A stretch of 64,000 nucleotides of DNA from Eledone cirrhosa. Its lineage: Eukaryota. Location: the NCBI GenBank assembly GCA_964016885.1, contig OZ024741.1, positions 312,790,001 to 312,854,000 on the forward strand, written 5' to 3'. This document shows positions 1 through 14,439 of the stretch, in pieces; the stretch's first letter is position 1, and each line of letters opens with the position of its first letter. A program made the translations under genes and the position numbers. The notes under the pieces were generated by a model, which was not told the DNA's origin, searched no databases, and saw only the letters and a program-made list of their open reading frames with translations.

Positions 1-1519
1 GATCTGGAGGGCTCGAGTTGGGGCAATCCCCGATCAAGTGACCATCCAGGTCCATAATTGGAGAAGAGTTTGTGCCAAAGAAGGACTTTTCGATCTCAGG
101 TTGGCACCTTCCTGAGGGACGCGCTTCCTGATTAACCATAGGAAAAGCGACATGGTATTGTGTATTAATTTTTATTTGTTCATCTCGCAGTACATGCTTG
201 CGTTATACATGGTATTGGACGTACATGGAAAGTTGCCCGGCTCTTTGGGTCGTGCATTTGCTGGCTGGCACTGAGATCATTATTACTATTATATCAGTAT
301 AGTTATGGTCATTGCTGTTGTTGATTGAGGTGATATTGTTATGGTTGCAGCTGTAAGAGGTGTACGAGAATTTTCTCAACTGTTCTTGTGGTTTGAGTGG
401 TATTGGTGGTGATAGCAGGGAGATTAAAGCTGGGGTTGGGGTCCTGGGAGTGGTGGTGGGTAGGGTGACATTGTAGTTTATAGAGTTTGCTTCTCCGGTG
501 TTATTTTCTCTCTATTTTGAGTTTGAGGTGTAAATGGGGGGGGGGGGGCTAGTATTCTTTTTTTCTTCCCCTTTGTTCTGTCCTTTGTGTGGGCTCCATA
601 CAATATATAAATATACATTCACACGTGCATACTTATACACACGTATGTATATGCACACATATATATATACCCACACATTAGACACTGAGAAGGGAGGTAG
701 GTAGCAGTCAGTGACAGTAGTCTAAAAATAGATTGGGGATTTACTGGTGTGAATGTGTCAGGAAGTGGTTGTGAATGTGGTGGTGGGAGAGAGAAGTGAT
801 CGTTCAACTGTCCATTTTCCTTTCAAAATCTGAAATTTAGCCACAATAGACCGAAATGTGAAAAAAAAAAAATTGTATTGGGGAAATATTTAAAAATATT
901 CCACATCTTCAGCCACAAGGATGATTGTATAATAATTAGTCGGATTTTTTTTATTAAACAGAACTTATCCCCGATATAAACTGTGTTTTCCGGTCTATGT
1001 CTGTTTATTTTCTTCAAATAATATGTAAACAGCGATTGTAATGGGTAAATATATAAAAATATTTATACAGTTCTCACAACTAGCGTCGTAGAGAAGTGTT
1101 GAAATAATTTGTCGGGTTTTCGTGTTAGGGAATACCACATTAAACAAAACTTACTCCCCTAAATAGGCACGACTGTTTCTCTTCTTCAAATAGTTTTTGA
1201 GCGAACGTCTGTATATCTGCATGTTTGTTTTGTGTACATTTTTCGTTGTTTATAATACATGTATATGTAATATAATAAATAGAGTTTGTTACTTACATAT
1301 ATCGTTTTCTATTTGTTTTGATTTAAAATTATGAGTAGTGGTGCGGCTGATATTCAGTTTCTTTATTTACACACGATCCGTGTACAACATTTATTTTTTG
1401 TAGATTTCTTTGGTTATGTTTCCACTTCGTTTTCTTAGTGTTTTTATTATTGATTTGTCGATGGTGTTCGATTTATTTCAAATCTTGTGGGGAGCTTCGT
1501 TATGGGCGTCCATGATGGG

Positions 1520-3201
1520 CGTCCTCAGTCCGCCAGAGTTGTCGCCTCTCGTCCCTCTTGTACGTTTTGGCTCTCCAGCCGTTACTGCACAAACTGGGGG
1601 CGATGAGGGGCGTCCCACGCGAACTAGGATGCGGGAAATCCGAGTCAGCTTACGCCGACGGCGTCACCGTGGTGGTGTCGAGCACCAGACACGTCCAGAT
1701 GCTCAGCACCGCTCTCAAGGAATACGAAGCGGTGACAGGAGCAAAGATAAACCAGGAAAAGTCGGCGGGCTTGCAGCTCGGCACCTGCAAAGGCATGTCC
1801 ATGCCACCCCAGAGTGTCGTGGGTCGTTGGACTGACGGACCGGTTAAATTGCTCGGGTTCTGGTTCGGACCGGACCTCCAGATGGAGAAAAACTGGAACG
1901 ATACCGCCTAACCGTCGTCTCTTGCTCCGGCCCAACTCTCACCAAAATGGAGGGCCTCCTCTTCCGCTTTTTGTGGAAGGGACGCGCTCCCATGTTCAGA
2001 CGATCCATCTGCTGTCAACACCCATTGCGTGGAGGAATGGGCATGCCAATGCTGATGATGCGCAAACATGTGCTGAGGCTGCGACATATCTGGTGCTTCC
2101 TTGACGGTGAACAGGTGTGGTCGCCGTTCACCAGGCACGTTTTCTCACAGCTCGTCTCCTCGACGGAGCTGCAGTCCTGTGTCAGAAAAAGACCGAGGGA
2201 TAGCGCTTGGAAACTGGAATGTCTCCAGGCGCTCACCGCCCTCTGCCAGCTAGGCACCTGTATCGGTGGAATATCCATCTCGGCGTTCTATATAGGACTA
2301 GTGGAGGGTAAGAGCGACGACGTTATCGGAGAGATCCTAGGCGTCGAAGAAGATCAGCTGTTTGCTCTCTTCCGGAGAACTTTCAGCCCAGGGCATATAG
2401 ATAACTTCCAAAAATCCCTGGCCTGGCAGTGCTACCGGCAGCGCTACCGGTTCGAGATAAGCTCTTCAGGAACTGAAGTGCCGTCAGACGAGCCACCCCG
2501 TGTTGCGCGCAGAGCGACGAAACCTTCGTGCACGCAATCGTTCAGTGCCCAAGCATTGCTGACTTGTGGAGCTATGTTGAACAGTGCTGTCGCGTGTAGG
2601 AATGATCCGGTTATGTGCAGATGTTCTCTCCGTCTTCCTTCGAGGAGGAAGGGCAGACGGTTTTCATCTGCCTGGTGGCCATGGCGAAAGAGATTGTGTG
2701 GTGGACAAGGTTGAAAGGGTTAAACACAGACACTTTCCTCTTCGGCGAATCCCTGATTAACTTTTTCAAGTTTCACTTGAAGAGGAAAATCAGGGTGGAG
2801 AGGCAAGTGCTGCTTTCTAGCAAGTTTGTTGAAAGGTGGGTGAATGTAGCGAGAATGGTACGAGTGAATGGGACCGCTCTGAATATACGTCTGTAGTTTG
2901 AGAAATGGAAAAATTGAGAGAGGGCCCTTGCCCTGGTAGTCAGGGTGGCCGTGTTCTTTTGTCTGGTTTTCGCCACGAGTAACCCTCGGAGGTTTCCCCC
3001 CTATTGTTTCAATTTTCATTGTTTCAATTTTCATTTTTATTGTTTATATATATAGATATGTTTCTATGTCCTTTTTTTCTTTTCTTATATAAATAATAAA
3101 AATATTTACACGCACAAAACCCACATCGTACCGTCCTGTACCATCCTGTGCCGTCTGTGATGCTTTTCTTGATGTCAGCCCTTGTGGCCAATAAAGAAAT
3201 C
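1520..3201 (+). mobile_element. Tx1/L1-clade LINE, 5'-truncated copy A (RT C-terminal part, CCHC region, 3' UTR)
   Basis: ORFs 1558-1911 (AYADGVTVVV...GAKINQEKS), 1947-2714 and 2615-2896 are frameshifted homologues of the ORF2 at 5437-8803. AATAAA at ~3190 is followed by (TTA)n. Confidence 0.9.
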
Positions 3202-3448
3202 ATTATTATTATTATTACTATTATTATTATTGGCGACCTACGTAGTAAATCGTATCATCGTGAGCTCGGCAAAGGTTTGTTATTTTCAGTTATTTAAAAT
3301 TGCCATTTATGGAAAATTTTGATTGTTAACTATATATACGTGCACATACATTGACTTCTGGAAAGGACACTAAAAATAATTGGGGCCTTGAGTCCCAAAT
3401 TTAAACTTTTTATAATTATCAAACAAAACATTTTTTCTTTGAAAAATA

Positions 3449-5402
3449 ATGGATGACTCAGATTCACTCCTTCCTCACAATCCAACACCTCACACCGACA
3501 CAAACATTGTAAACATTGTTACGTTTGCCAACACTGGAATTGTAAGCAGTAGCAATATTTTAAATTTGTCTCAGGCAGACGTTCATTTCCCGCCATTACC
3601 AATGACTGCAGGTGTTAAAGCCGCCACCACCACCACCACCACCGGGACGACCACCAACCCCACGACCAAAACAGCGACAACAGAATCAAAAGAGAAAAAA
3701 AAAATTAACTCATGATATCGAAATGAATTCAACCAAAATGAACTATTCCACACCGAACACCACTGACGCCACCACCACCACAACTGGAACTAAAATTAAC
3801 AATAGCAAAAATAACGATAATAACAACAGCAACAATGAAATTAAGAAAACTACCCTGAGTTTTTCCAGAGTAGCAAAAACGTGCGAAGCGATTCAGGTAA
3901 TTCAGGAAGAATTAGACGAAGCCAAAGGAATGGTAAAGAAAGATGGGTACAGGGTCAGCCTCAACCCAATAAAATGGAGCAACGTCGCCTATGCACCGTG
4001 TCTTATCGGACAATAAACATAAAATCGCGTCGAGTGGAACGGGCATCTGAGACCCAAATCCAAAAAGCTTTGGGTCATGTGTGGGCAAAAAAAACCCACA
4101 TCAGACGTGGGCAGAAGTATGGAACCGTGGACGTGTTCTTTGAAACACCATAGGAGGCCAGAGAACACTCCATGGCCCCATTAAAAAGTGACAACTTCAC
4201 ACTCATCCCAAGCTATTGTGCCCAGAGTCTTGTGAAGATCAAGGTGACCAACGTTCCACCGGCCATCGAAATTCCCTGGCTAATGTCTGCCGTCCTCGCT
4301 GGCATCGAGGCCAACACCAAAATAATAGAAATAGCAAAAGAAAAGCAGGAGAAATGGTCCGGATCTGGGATGGAGCTCCTGATCCAAGCGGACCATAAAA
4401 GCATTGAAGAGATCCCAGGGATAATAGATCTCACTGACGGCAGCCACCTCACTGTAATCGTCGAGGGAAGAAGACCTAGGTGTGTCGTTTGTGGTGAAGG
4501 AACCCACCTAAGGGCTTTCTGCCTCAGGCTAAAAGGTTGAGGCCACCTTTCTTACCCACCCCAGTGACTCAACCATGAACACCACCAGCAGCAGAAATAG
4601 CAGCAACAACTGTAGCAGCAACAAGAGAAGCAACTGTAACAGCAACAACCCCAGCAACAGTAGCAAAACCAACACCACAACCAACCAACACGCCAGAACT
4701 AGCACCAGCGCCTACACTATCCACCACGCCACAACAAAAGCCAACGCCTGTGGAGGATTTTCCACTCCCCGGCTTATCGCAACTGGAGACAGATTGTGAC
4801 GTCGAGGAGTGGGAAACGGTATCAGGAAAATAGAAAAAAAAAAGAAACCAAAAACGAAAAAAAATTCTCTTCCTTCCCCCTCCAAAAACAAAATACAGAG
4901 GGAAACAAATAAATTATCGAACAAGAAAGTTAAGACGGATATGCCACCATTCACACCAGCATCACCAACCCCATCACCACAAACACCAACACCATCACCA
5001 TCATTAACCCCAACACAACCTTCACCAACACCACAAAAGTCAACAAAAAGCGTAACAGAAACGAACCCGCAACAAACGCAAACAAAACAAAACAACCAAA
5101 ACGATACACACTACACAGCATTAAATTTGAACAACAACCAATTATTACACTACATGCAACACAACACCAGCATCACAGAAAAAGACTACCCAACAAACCA
5201 AAAGTTCACACCACCTCCACACATACAAATCACACGCGTCACACAGAAAACGTACACGACACTAAAACAAACATTCCCCAAAGACATCGGAGACTTCCGA
5301 CAAACACTCTCCAGGAGGATTTATAAGGACATCCTTCCGGAGGAGGCCACAAGCAATGAAAAGGATGGAGAAACCGTCCTTCCTCTAGGAGAAGTAAGGT
5401 AA
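3449..5402 (+). pseudogene. Tx1 ORF1 (gag-like, zinc knuckle), disrupted
   Basis: ORF pieces 3449-3715, 3881-4153, 4172-4540 and 4809-5402 are collinear with copy C and broken by stops and frameshifts. Confidence 0.75.
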
Positions 5403-5436
5403 GTGGTCTTTCCCATCTTTTCCACCCCGTTTCAAC

Positions 5437-8400
5437 ATGACCTCACTCAGAATAGGCAGCATAAATGCGCGTGGCTTGGGGTCGCCATGGAAGCAGGGCC
5501 ACCTGCTCACGACCTCAGGTCACTAAACATAGATGTAGAGGCCATCAGCGAGACCAGAATCTCCGATCTTCGGCGGCTACGATGTGTACGCATCTCCTAG
5601 CCGTCCTGATCGGGGGTGGAGTTGCTGTGCTTTTTCGGAGAGGTTTGGATCTCACCATACGGGCCATCTTTCTGGACCCAGAAGGTAAGTTGGTTGTGCT
5701 AGACGTGACCAGCGGAGACGGGCAAGCTTTCAGGCTAGTGGCCGTCTATGCCCCGGCAGGAGCAGGGCGGCCTGATTTCTTCCGGCGTCTGGAGACCTTT
5801 CTTGGAACGCCCCGCTCTTTAGTGTTAGTGGGCGTCTGGAACGGGATCTTAGATACACGCTGGGACTGTGTGGGATCAGCGGATAGGGCAGGAGGGTGCA
5901 AGAGCCTCACCAACCTGCTCAGGCGTTTTGAACTGTCTGACAGATACCGATTGGATTTCCCGAATGTGCCAATATGGACTTGGACAAATCGCATAGGGTC
6001 ATCCAGATCATATCTAGATAGAGTATTTTGTAGAGAAATAGATAGGTCTAGCATAGGCTGTCCACAATTCAAGATAGTCAGCTACACGGACCACAAATTC
6101 GTGTTCTGTGTACTTGACTTAGATAGGCTTCATAGACGAGGACCCGGCAACTGGAAGCTATACGCGTCCTTACCAGCGCGCAAGGCCTACAGAGACCGGA
6201 TTAGCGAACTGGTTAAGCGGGCGTTGACGGGGGCCATCGTCAACAACAAGTGGTGGTTTGCTCTGAAAAGAGCAGTTAGTATAGAGTCTATTAGGTTTAG
6301 TAAGGCTTTAGCAATAGAGAAAAATAGAGCAGAGGGAGAATTAGTTACAAAATTAGACGAGGCGCTTAGCAAAGGCATCGCGACCGACGTGCTTGCGGCG
6401 AAATTGGCCCTTGACCAATTCTTCAATACAAAGCACGAAGGCTGCGTTGTCAGAGCAAGCGTGCGTGCTCTCAGACACGAGGGGACGAAAGCCGTTCAAT
6501 GGGCCCGAGTGGCGAAGGCGCATCGTGGCATCAAAGCCACGATCCGGTCTTTGGTGGACCACGACGGGCGCATGCTACTCGATCCCGGGCAAATGTGTGA
6601 AGCTTTTCAGCGACACTTAGCTCAGTTGTTCGGGGCAGTGGCGGGCCGGATCGAGGGATGGACTTTAGTGTCTACCTCGACGGACTGCCGCGGCTCTCGG
6701 CCACTGAGGCGGAGTGTTGCGAAAAGCCGATAACAGCCGCTGAAGTACGGGAAGCAATGACTAGCTGCACAAGAGGTAAATTGCCTGGTTTGGATGGTCT
6801 GCCCTATGAACTTTACGTACAGATGCCAGACTTGTTCGGAAGCCTCTTGGCGGACGTCTACTGCAACTGGCAATAGAACGGGAGAATTACCAGCTCTGTG
6901 AGCCGACGAGCGGTGGCGCTGCTGAGAAAGGATCCGAACAACGGGGGATAACATAGATAATTTTAGGCCCATAACTCTGCTAAACACAGAGTTCAAGATT
7001 TTGGCCAAGGTACTAGCAAAGAGGGTGGCATTGTCGTTGGTGGTCTGTTGAGAGGCGCAGACATGCGCCTTTCCCGACAGATCCATCCACGACAACCTCC
7101 ACCTCATGCGATACATCGTAGAAAGGGTAGCAAGGGAACCTGGCACGGGTGGGTTCTTGATCAATTTAGATCAGTCGAAAGCTTTAGATAGGGTCGACCA
7201 TCGTTACCTAGCGGCAATCCTGAGGGCGGCTGGCTTTGGGCCCGTCTTCAGAGTCTGGATCGCTGCCATGCACAGAGACATCTGCTCTGTGGTGAGAGTG
7301 AACGGTTACCTTTCGGAACCGTTCAACATCATGCGCTCGGTCTGCCAAGGATGTCCCCTCTCGTCCCTCTTGTACGTATTGACTCTCGAGCCATTACTGC
7401 ACAAACTGGAGACGTTGAGGGGGTCCCGCGCAAACTAGGATGCGGAAGATACGTGTCAGCATATGCGGACGATGTCACCGTAGTGGTGTCGAACGCCAAA
7501 CGCATCTAGGCGATCGGCACTACACTAAGAGAATACGAAGCCGTGACAGGAGCAATGATCAACCAGAAAATGTCAGTGGGCCTGCAGCTCGGCACCTGGA
7601 GAGGCAGGTCCATGCCGTCCAACAGCTTCGTCGGGCGCTGGACGGACGGACCAGGTAAATTGCTCGGGGTCTGCTTCGGTCCGGATCTCCAGACGGACAA
7701 AAACTGGGACTAGGTGACGAGCAGGTTGGCTTCTCTCACCCAGAAATGGGCGTAGAGCAAGCTATCCCTGAAAGGTCGAGCGGAGGTGGCTAACGCATAT
7801 ATCGCCTCCGTCATATACTACCGCCTGACCGTCGTACCTTGTCCTAATCCCCGCATGACTGCGCTGGAGCGTTTGCTCTTTCGCTTTTTGTGGAAGGGAC
7901 GCGCTCCGATGGTCAGGCGGTCCATATGCTGTCAACACCCGCTACGTGGAGGGCTGGGAATGCCGTGGCTGATGATGCGCAGACATGCGCTCAGGCTACG
8001 ACATCTCCACCTCTTACTCGACGGTGATCAGGTGTGGTCTCCCTATGCTAGGCACGTCTTTTCCCAGCTCGTCTCCTTGACGGAGCTGCAGTCCTGGGTC
8101 AAGCGAAAACCGAGAGGGAACGCTTGGAGACTGGAATGTCTTCAGGCTCTCACAGCCGTCGACCAATCGGGCAATGTGATCGGTGGAAACTCCACCTTGG
8201 CGTTCTATAGAGGATTAGTGGAGGGGAAGAGCGACGACGTACTTGGGGAAACTCTAGGCGTCGACGAAAATCAACTAGCCAATCTCTTCGGAAGAACTTT
8301 CGGGCCGGGGCCTATGGACAACTTCCAGAAATCCCTGGCCTGGCAGTGCTACCGAGGAGCTTTGCCAGTTCGGGATAAACTCTACAGGCATGGAGCTGCT

Positions 8401-8803
8401 GTCAGCCTGGCATGTCCAAGATGCGCTCAGGGCGACGAAACCGTCCTGCACGCACTCGTCCATTGTCCGAGCATTGCTGACTTGTGGGTTTATGTCGAAC
8501 ACCTGCTGTCACGTGTAGGACGGATCCAGCTATCAGCTGAGTCCTTTAGCCGGGAAGGGCAGGCAGTTTTTATCTGTCTGGTGGCCATGACGAAAGTGAT
8601 AGTATGGTGGACACGTTTGAAAGGGCTGAAGACGAGCACTTACCTTTTCGGTGATGCCCTGATTAACTTTTTTCAAATTTCATTTGAAAAGGAAAATCAG
8701 GGTAGAAAGGGAAGTGCTCGCTTCCCAGCATTTTGTTGAAAGATGGGTGAGAGAGGCAAGAATGGCCCGAGTGAATGGGCCTCTTCTGAGTATGTGTCTG
8801 TAA
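5437..8803 (+). pseudogene. Tx1 ORF2 (APE endonuclease + reverse transcriptase), disrupted
   Basis: ATG at 5437 is equivalent to MTTLRIGSINVRGL in copy C. ORF pieces 5465-6733, 6658-6876, 7106-7438 and 7786-8739. Stop TAA at 8801-8803. Confidence 0.88.
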
Positions 8804-9050
8804 ATTAAAGGTGGAAAACAGGGAGAGGGCACTTGCCCTGATGGTCAGGGTCACTGTGGCTTTTTAATGGGCTTTATCCACCAATGTCCCTCGGAAGTCA
8901 CCCCTTATTGGGGAATTGTTTTCATTGTTCTATTATTACATCCTCTGTTTCTTTTTTTTACACGCAGAAATGCCCATTTGTACCGCCCTGTATTGTCCTG
9001 TACTGTCCCTAATGTCTAATTTATGTAAACCCTTGTGGTTAATAAATAAA

Positions 9051-9052
<2 letters not shown>

Positions 9053-9111
<59 letters not shown>

Positions 9112-9112
9112 C
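9053..9112. repeat. (TTA)n microsatellite at the Tx1 copy B / copy C junction
   Basis: Direct reading. A shorter (TTA)n at 3202-3230 separates copies A and B. Confidence 0.95.
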
Positions 9113-9114
9113 AT

Positions 9115-12100
9115 TGGCGTCCTACGTAGCAAATCTTATCATCGTGAGCTCCGCAAAGGGTTGTTGTTTTCGTTTGTTTAAAATTGCCATTTATGGAAAA
9201 TCTTTGTTGTTAACTATTTATAAGGTCAGACATTTTGCTTTTGGAAAAGGACACTCAGAAAAATTGGGGCCTTGAGCCCAAACTGTAAACTTTTATAATT
9301 ATCAAAGAAAGAAAATTCCTTAAAAGTCATGGACGACCTACAGCCACACCTTCCTCACAAACTAACACCTCACGCCGACACCAACATTGTAAATAGTACT
9401 ACGTTTGGCAACACTAAAAATATAAGCAGTAGCAATAATAAAAATTTGTCTCATGCAGACATTCATTTCCCGCCATTACCAATGATTGCAGGTGTTGAAG
9501 CCGCCAGCCCCACCACCACCACAGCGACAACAGAAACAAAAGAAAAAAACAATTATCTCGTGACATCGAAATGGATTCACCCAGAATGGACTCATCCATA
9601 CCGAACACCACTGACGCCACCACCACCATAACTGAAACTAAAAATAACAATAACAAAAATAACGATAACAACAACGGCAACAACATTGAGAATAAGAAAA
9701 CCACCCTGTCTTTAGCCAGAGTAGCAAAAAAGTGCGAAGCAATCCAGGTAACTCAGGAGGAATTAGATGAAGCCAAGAGAATGGTAAAGAAAGATGGGTA
9801 CAGGGTCAGCCTCATCCCCCACACCTAATAAAATGGAGCATCGGCGCCTATCCACCGTATTTTATCGGACGATTAACATCAAATAGCGCTGAGTTGATGG
9901 AACGAGCACCCGAGTCCCAAATCCAAAAGGATTTGGGACATGTGTGGGCAAACAAAACCCACATCAGACGTGGGCAGAAATATGGAACCGTGGACGTGTT
10001 CTTTGGAACACCACAGGAGGCCAGAGAACACTCCATGGCCCCATTAAGAAGTGACGACTTCACATTCGTCCCAAGTTATTGTGGCCAAAGACTAGTGAAG
10101 ATCAGGGTCACCCACTTTCCACCGGCCATCGAAATTCCCTGGCTAATGGCTGCCGTCCTCGCCGGCAGCGAGGACAACGCCAAGATAATCGAAATAGCGA
10201 TAAAAGAAAAGCAGGAGAACTAGTCCGGATCTGGGAGGGAGCTCCTGATACAAGCGGACCCAAAAAGCATTGAGGAGATCCCAGATGTAATAGACCTCAC
10301 TGACGGCAGCCACCTCACCGTAATCGTCGAGGGCAGAAGGCCTAGGTGTGTCGGCTGTGGTGAAAGAACCCACCTAAGAGCTTTCTGCCCTCAGGCTAAA
10401 AAGTTGAGGCCACCTCTCTTACCCACCCCAGTGACTCAACCATCAACACCACCAGCAGCAGAAATGGCAGCAACAACTGTAGCAGCAACAACAGCAGCAA
10501 TTGTAACAGCAACAACCCCAGCAACAGTATCAGAACCAACACCACCACCACCACCCAACGCGCCAGAACTAGCACCATCGCCTACACCATCCACCACGCC
10601 ACAACAAAAACCAACGCCTGTGGAGGATTTTCCTCTCCCCGACCTATCGCAAATGGAGACAGATTGTGACGACGAGGAGTGGGAAACGGTATCAGGAAAA
10701 AAGATAAAAAGAAAAAGAAACCAAAAAGAAAAAATCCTCTTCCTTTCCCCTCCAAAAACAAAATACAGAGGGAAACAAATAAACTATCAAACAAAAAGTT
10801 TAGGACAGCTGTGCCACCATTCACACCAGGATCACCAACCCCATCACCACAAACACCAACACCATCACCATCATTAACCCCAACACCACCATCACCAACA
10901 CCACAAAAGTCACCAAAATGCGAAACAGAGACAAACACACAACAAACGCAAACAAAACAAAACAACCAAAACGATACACATTATACAGCATTAAATTTGA
11001 ACAACCAATTATTACACTACATCGAACACAACACCAGCATGACAGAAAAAGACTACACAACAACCCAAAATTTCACACCACCTCCACACGTATAAATCAC
11101 ACGCATCACACAGAAAACGTACATGACACTAAAACAAAAATTCCCCAAAGACATCGGAGACTTCCGACAAGCACTCTCCAGGAGGATTTAGAAGGACATC
11201 CTTCCGGAGGAGGCCACAAGTAGTGAGAAGGATGGAGAAATCATCCTTCCCCTACGAGAAGTAAGGTAATTGGTCTTTCCCATCTTTTCCACTCCATTTC
11301 AACATGACCACACTCAGAATAGGCAGCATAAATGTGCGTGGCTTGGGGTCGTCATCGAAGCAGAGCCACCTGCTCAACGACCTCAGGTCACTAAACATAG
11401 ATGAAGTGGCCATCAGCGAGCCCAGAATCACCGAAGCACGGGCATTCGCACCGATCTTCGGCGGCTACGATGTGTACGCATCTCCCAGCCGTCCTGTATC
11501 GGGGGGAGGAGTTGCTGTGCTTTTTCGGAGAGGTTTGGATCTCGCCATACGGGCCATCTTCTTGGACCCAGAAGGTAAGTTGGTGGTGCTGGACGTGACC
11601 AGCGGAGACGGGCAAGCTTTCAGGTTAGTGGCCGTCTATGCCCCGACAGGAGCAGGGCGGCCTGATTTCTTCCGGCCATGCAGCCCTTTCTTGGAACGTC
11701 CCGCTCTTTAGTGTTAGTGGGCGATTGGAACTGTATCTTAGATGCATGCTGTGAATGTGTGGGATTAGCCGGTAGGGGAGGAGGGTGCTAGAGCCTCACC
11801 AACCTGCTCAGGCGTTTTGAACTGTCTGACAGGTACCGTTTGGATTTCCCGAATGTGCCAATGTGGACTTGGTCAAATCGCATAGGGTCATCCAGATCAT
11901 ATCTAGATAGAGTATTTTGTAGGGAAATAGATAGGTCTAGTATAAGATGTCCACAATTCAAGATAGTCAGCTACACGGACCACAAAGTCGTGATCTGTGT
12001 GCTTAACCTAGATAGGCTTCATAGACGAGGAACCGGCTACTGGAAGCTAAACGCGTACTTACCAGCGCGCAAGGCCTACAGAGACCGGATTAGCGAACTA

Positions 12101-12133
12101 GTTAAGCGGGCATTGACGGGGGCCATCGTCAAC
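9115..12133 (+). mobile_element. Tx1/L1-clade LINE copy C (5' UTR, ORF1, endonuclease; 3' part missing)
   Basis: Starts TGGCGTCCTACGTAG like copy B. ORF 11304-11711 MTTLRIGSINVRGL... is the APE N-terminus. Homology ends at ...GGCCATCGTCAAC. Confidence 0.9.
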
Positions 12134-12487
12134 GCCCGCTTAAAATCTTATTGTAAAATCTTATTGTAAAGCCGTCCGTGCTTTCGTGAAATGAATACGC
12201 TTGTTTATATTTTGTTTTTGTGTATGCAAAAATATCTGAACACGAATATATAATTATATATATATATATATAACAGATTAAAATTTAAGCAAAGAATCGC
12301 TGCTTTCACGCTTAACGAGAACTTCTGAATCTAAAAAAAACAATCTGTCAACGCAGAAGTAAATATTTCAAAAAACGTTGCAATCGAAGGCAAACAGGAA
12401 GACAATACTTTGGTTCGTGAAGATGTTCTCTGGCAATGAACGCAAATTAGCGAACATAATACGTCAGCAATGAGAAGAATATATATA

Positions 12488-12921
12488 TATTGTTATACTT
12501 TGGGAGGATCATGTTGCCAATAAGAAACACACGCACCAGCTGCTTTCACTTCAATTTATTATATATTTATAAATTTATAAATTTACAAATCTACAAACTT
12601 ATACATTTCTGGTTGGTTGGTTGGTTCCACAACCAGATAGTTGTTTATATATAGTCATAGTCCTTTCGTCACACACTCTGTGACCTCTTCAGTCACTGGG
12701 GATTCCTTTCTTTGTTTCTGTGCCTTTCCTTTCTTCTATCCTACGCCATTTTGTTTCTGTGTGTGTGTTGTGTGCTCAGTTTATATAAATATATAATAAA
12801 TTGAAGTGAAAGCAACTGGTGCATGTGTTTCTTATTAGCAACATGACCCTCCCAAAGTATAACAATATCGGTTTCAACACACGATTTCAGATAAAATATC
12901 TTGCTAAACAAATTCAGAAAC
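12488..12921. mobile_element. Penelope-like pseudo-LTR remnant with inverted arms (same family as 33032-34647)
   Basis: 12488-12573 is the reverse complement of 12785-12868. The tail 12869-12921 matches 34591-34647. Confidence 0.8.
12654..12696 (-). ncRNA. Minimal type-I hammerhead ribozyme motif (stem I imperfect)
   Basis: Minus strand: GTGA-CTGAAGA-G-GTCACA GAG TGTGTGAC-GAAA-GGAC-TA-TGAC. Confidence 0.6.
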
Positions 12922-13396
12922 GAAATATATATATATTTACACTTATATATACAGAGATATATATACACACACACAGATAGCGAAGTCATAATGTCGCAAT
13001 GCAGATATACAGAGAGATATTATAAGGGCGCAACGTTGTATCAATGTATCTATCTAAAGAGAAAGACTAAGAATTATAGAGATAGATCGCTTTTTCGCCT
13101 AATGCGATCCTTAAGTCTTTGAAAATTTGAAATTTATTTTGCTCAAAACACTCACAGGACCATAAGTATTACATGTGTAAACTCGGTTGGGTGGTTCTCG
13201 AGTTTTAGGGAGACCGACAGACAGCCAGAGAGTCATTCTCTGTTTTAGTTTTATAGACTAGCAGAATGGCCAGGCGTTGCTCGGAATTTGCTTTAGGGTT
13301 CTTATATATTTGATACATATTTATCCTTATCGAGCCTTATACAATAAATACGTTTGTTTATATTTTGTTATTGTGTATGCCAAAATATCTGTACAC

Positions 13397-13561
<165 letters not shown>

Positions 13562-13914
13562 CATATATATATATATGTATATATATATATAGATATATAT
13601 GTTGCAACCGGTCACTTTGTGGCTCTAAGAAGAATTAATAAATTAAATAATCAGAGCAATATATCATAAATCATGTCCTTAGAATTATTAGATAAAATAT
13701 ATACCATTTCCTCTCCCAATTAGCATAATTAACCATATAAAAATCAATTAGACCAAGCTATAAAAATAAAGGCTCTTATTAAGAAATTTCCGACAAATAA
13801 CCGAAAGCGGCCTCTTCGAGGTGGCCCCAGTAGAGTATTTATTCAACATTTCCACAGCATGTAGAAAGTGACTAAATATACCATCAACCATACACACACA
13901 CACATATATATATT

Positions 13915-14380
13915 TCCGTATGCTTTCGGTATGCCTGACCGATTTAACTCACTCAATATGCAAATTAGGCTGCTCAGCCGTTAATTTTCATAAGGAAAGT
14001 ATATACTTTCGAACGTTCAACTATCTGGCAGATGGGTAAACGGTGCTGATGATAGCTAACAAGCTTGAAACTAGTACATCGTTCCTGTGTCAGTGTTGAA
14101 CAAAAAGGTGACGTGGTTGCCTTAACACCGTATGGCATAAATTCAGGCTGTTCAGTTTGTTTACAAACGAACAAAGCGACGTTAGCGCCGCTAAACTGAT
14201 ACGTGCATATATGTATGTGTACCTGTATGCATATGTATATATATATGTATATATATATATATATATGTGCATGCTACTGTACGTCTGTATACATATATGT
14301 ATGTACGTATACATGCATACTTACATTTAAGTAAGTGCCATACTAAGAGTGAGAAATGAAATTTCGTTTTCATTTTGTTT
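13915..14380 (+). mobile_element. HHR-containing ~430-nt repeat unit (retrozyme/pLTR-like family A), single copy in (TA)n
   Basis: Collinear with 32490-32910 and 53169-53870. Confidence 0.8.
14039..14083 (+). ncRNA. Minimal type-I hammerhead ribozyme (family A)
   Basis: AACGGTG-CTGATGA-TAGC TAACAA GCTT-GAAAC TA GTA-CATCGTT. Confidence 0.8.

Positions 14381-14436
<56 letters not shown>

Positions 14437-14439
<3 letters not shown>

Larger units (their letters stand above)
3231..9051 (+). mobile_element. Full-length but decayed Tx1/L1-clade non-LTR retrotransposon, copy B
   Basis: 5' UTR starts TGGCGACCTACGTAG. ORF1 fragments carry a CCHC knuckle (CVVCGEGTHLRAFC). ORF2 has an APE endonuclease (SYLDRVF, YTDHK), an RT (FRPITLLN, KALDRVDH, QGCPLS, YADD) and a C-terminal CPRC..H..C. 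AATAAA is followed by (TTA)n. Confidence 0.93.
12150..13257 (-). mobile_element. Non-autonomous Helitron-like element, copy 1 (interrupted)
   Basis: On the minus strand it begins TC at 13257. 13157-13250 matches 15763-15870 and 12190-12250 matches 13345-13400. The left boundary is approximate. Confidence 0.55.

Noticed and set aside
1-560. Window-start sequence as a coding or retroelement region
   Set aside because: No ORF or motif could be identified from the sequence alone.
870-920. Minus-strand CTGAAGA plus AT-rich hairpin as a hammerhead
   Set aside because: GAAA box is missing and stems I and III cannot be formed.
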